The notes below the pieces were generated by a model. It did not search any database. It was not told the origin of the DNA and saw only the letters and a list, made by a program, of their open reading frames with translations. DNA of 64,000 bases, from contig NC_068983.1 of assembly GCF_001194135.2 (NCBI RefSeq), positions 98,521,368 through 98,585,367 of the forward strand. The letters are read 5' to 3'. How positions within the stretch are numbered: the stretch's first letter is position 1; every line of letters begins with the position of its first letter. Below are positions 61,111 to 64,000 of this stretch, piece after piece. Position numbers and translations under genes: made by a program. The DNA is from Octopus bimaculoides. Taxonomy: Eukaryota.

Positions 61111-62331
61111 CTGTGTAATTTGTTTGTGACTGTGTTTGTTCTCCACCATCGCTTGACAACTGGGCTGGTTTGTTTACGACCCCATAAGCTAGCAGTTCGT
61201 CAAAATTTACGGATAGATTAAGTAGCAGCTTTTAATAAAATAAGCAGTGGGGTCGATTTGTTTGACTNNNNNNNNNNNNNNNNNNNNNNNNNNNNNNNNN
61301 NNNNNNNNNNNNNNNNNNNNNNNNNNNNNNNNNNNNNNNNNNNNNNNNNNNNNNNNNNNNNNNNNNNNNNNNNNNNNNNNNNNNNNNNNNNNNNNNNNNN
61401 NNNNNNNNNNNNNNNNNNNNNNNNNNNNNNNNNNNNNNNNNNNNNNNNNNNNNNNNNNNNNNNNNNNNNNNNNNNNNNNNNNNNNNNNNNNNNNNNNNNN
61501 NNNNNNNNNNNNNNNNNNNNNNNNNNNNNNNNNNNNNNNNNNNNNNNNNNNNNNNNNNNNNNNNNNNNNNNNNNNNNNNNNNNNNNNNNNNNNNNNNNNN
61601 NNNNNNNNNNNNNNNNNNNNNNNNNNNNNNNNNNNNNNNNNNNNNNNNNNNNNNNNNNNNNNNNNNNNNNNNNNNNNNNNNNNNNNNNNNNNNNNNNNNN
61701 NNNNNNNNNNNNNNNNNNNNNNNNNNNNNNNNNNNNNNNNNNNNNNNNNNNNNNNNNNNNNNNNNNNNNNNTATATATATATATATATATATATACATAC
61801 ATACATACATACATACATACATAATACATACATACATACATGCATGCATGCATGCATGCATGCATGTACTTACACGGTGTACATGAATGAGATTAAATTT
61901 GTAAGCCGTTATAATCCAATGAATAATAAATAATAAATATAAATATACATTTAACTTCGCCATGAAAAAAGATCCTTCGGTTAAACCACATTCCTTCCAG
62001 TAGCAGCTTGGGAAAAAGATCGATTACGATTAGGTTGGGCTAATACGAAAGCCATTTATAATGTTCGATTAATTTCCCTTGGTTGCTGAGGGAACGTAGC
62101 GGGCACGGTAGGTTTGGTTGTCAGTTGCATATGCACAATATAACGAGAACAGCAGCAGCAGCAATGAGAATCACAGGCTAAGAAGGAAGCCTCTAGGTGG
62201 TCACCCGATATACTAGAGATAGGAACCAAATCTCCCTTAAATCACACCCTGCCGTGTAGTCTAAAATAATAATGATGATAATAATAATGTTAATCCTTTC
62301 TACTATCAGCACAAGGCCGACCCTAGTACTT

Positions 62332-62409
<78 letters not shown>

Positions 62410-62415
<6 letters not shown>

Positions 62416-64000
62416 TAATTCGTTTTATTGGCCACAAGGGCTAATATAAATCAAAAACATGTAAGGACAAAGACAGGACGAAGGTTACAAAGGGTTTTGT
62501 CCGAAAAGGTAGAACAATGTTCATGTAAACAGAAGAAAAACGGAGAAAGATATAACAAATAAAACTCCCAATAGGGGGAGGCGCTTCGAAAGGTTACACG
62601 TGGAAAACCCATAAAAGCCACGGGAGCCTGGTCAGAAAAATAAGAAAGGGGTATAGAGCCCTTTCTCCTTTTACATTACCTTTTTTTTTTATATAGGTGT
62701 ATTCNNNNNNNNNNNNNNNNNNNNNNNNNNNNNNNNNNNNNNNNNNNNNNNNNNNNNNNNNNNNNNNNNNNNNNNNNNNNNNNNNNNNNNNNNNNNNNNN
62801 NNNNNNNNNNNNNNNNNNNNNNNNNNNNNNNNNNNNNNNNNNNNNNNNNNNNNNNNNNNNNNNNNNNNNNNNNNNNNNNNNNNNNNNNNNNNNNNNNNNN
62901 NNNNNNNNNNNNNNNNNNNNNNNNNNNNNNNNNNNNNNNNNNNNNNNNNNNNNNNNNNNNNNNNNNNNNNNNNNNNNNNNNNNNNNNNNNNNNNNNNNNN
63001 NNNNNNNNNNNNNNNNNNNNNNNNNNNNNNNNNNNNNNNNNNNNNNNNNNNNNNNNNNNNNNNNNNNNNNNNNNNNNNNNNNNNNNNNNNNNNNNNNNNN
63101 NNNNNNNNNNNNNNNNNNNNNNNNNNNNNNNNNNNNNNNNNNNNNNNNNNNNNNNNNNNNNNNNNNNNNNNNNNNNNNNNNNNNNNNNNNNNNNNNNNNN
63201 NNCGTCACACTTTTTCTCCACTAACCCTCTATAGAACGCTAGAGTGGAGCTACTACTGATCGCACTGCCCGCCAGACTGAGGTCGGTGAGAGCTTGGCGG
63301 CACTCGAGGTGCCAAGCGCCCTTTCTCGGTCTACGTTTGATCCAGGATTGCAGCTGTGTTAAAGAAACGAGCTGCAGAAAATCGTGTCTGACGAACGGCG
63401 ACCACATCTGTTCACCGTCCAAGAAATGCTTGAGATGTCCTAGCCTGAGCGCATGTTTGCGCATCAGCAACCACGGCATGCCAAGGCCTCCGTTCAGCGG
63501 CTGTTGACAGCAGATGGAGCGTCTGACCAGTGGTACCTGACCCTTCCACAAAAAGTCGAAGAGCAAGCGTACTATCTTGGTCAACCAGCGGTCGGGACAA
63601 AGGACGACGGTCAAGCGGTAATAGATGATGGATGCGATGTACGCATTCGCCACCTCCACTCGACCTTTCAAGGAGAGCTTCCTCTTGGCCCATTTCTGGG
63701 TGAGATTGGCCACCCTGTTCGTCACCTCTTCCCAGTTTTTCGCCACCTGGAGGTCCGGACCAAACCAGACCCCAACAGTTTAACGGGTCCGTCTGTCCAG
63801 CGCCCTACGACGCTGTTGGACGGCATGGACTTGCCCCTCCAGGTGCCCAGTTGCAAGCCCACTGACTTTTCCGCGTTAATTTTCGCACCTGTCACCGCTT
63901 CATCCTCGTTTAGTGTCTCGCCAATCAGGTCAATATGCCTGTGGCTCGACACCATCACGGTGACGTCGTCAGCATAGGCACACACGCTCTTCCCACATCC
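62410..64000 (-). mobile_element. Tx1/L1-clade LINE: RT (YADD) and downstream domain at 63203-64000, likely 3' UTR at 62410-62640, abutting (AAT)n; continues beyond the window
   Basis: CAYADDVTV...TGAKINAEKS; WAKRKLSLKGRVEVANAYIASI.YY...FLWKG...GGLGMP; AATAAA just before the (ATT)n end on the minus strand. One frameshift near 63740. Confidence 0.9.

Overview
AT-rich, repeat-dominated, gap-containing eukaryotic draft sequence. The SINE families and microsatellite load point to a coleoid cephalopod, probably Octopus; this is an inference. No intact protein-coding gene is recognisable. Almost all ORFs in the track are microsatellite, N-gap or decayed-transposon artefacts. Supported content: (1) three abundant tRNA-head SINE families; (2) decayed LINEs (R4/Dong-type, Tx1/L1-type running off the window, several RTE pieces, one CR1-like RT piece); (3) DNA-transposon remnants (Tc1/mariner maT-like, pogo-like, Merlin-like) and MITEs (piggyBac/TTAA, mariner/TA, hAT); (4) two structural-RNA retro-fragments, a U6 pseudogene and a 5.8S rRNA fragment, each fused directly to a retroelement. 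The most striking unexplained pattern is a set of minimal type-I hammerhead-ribozyme motifs in about five unrelated sequence contexts. Three of these contexts are long inverted repeats, and the copy at 52091-52126 has an intact catalytic core. CpG content appears to shift near 33.5 kb, and phase-compatible minus-strand splice signals lie to the left of it, so the left half may be the body of an unannotated gene. All alignments were done by eye and coordinates of decayed repeats are approximate.
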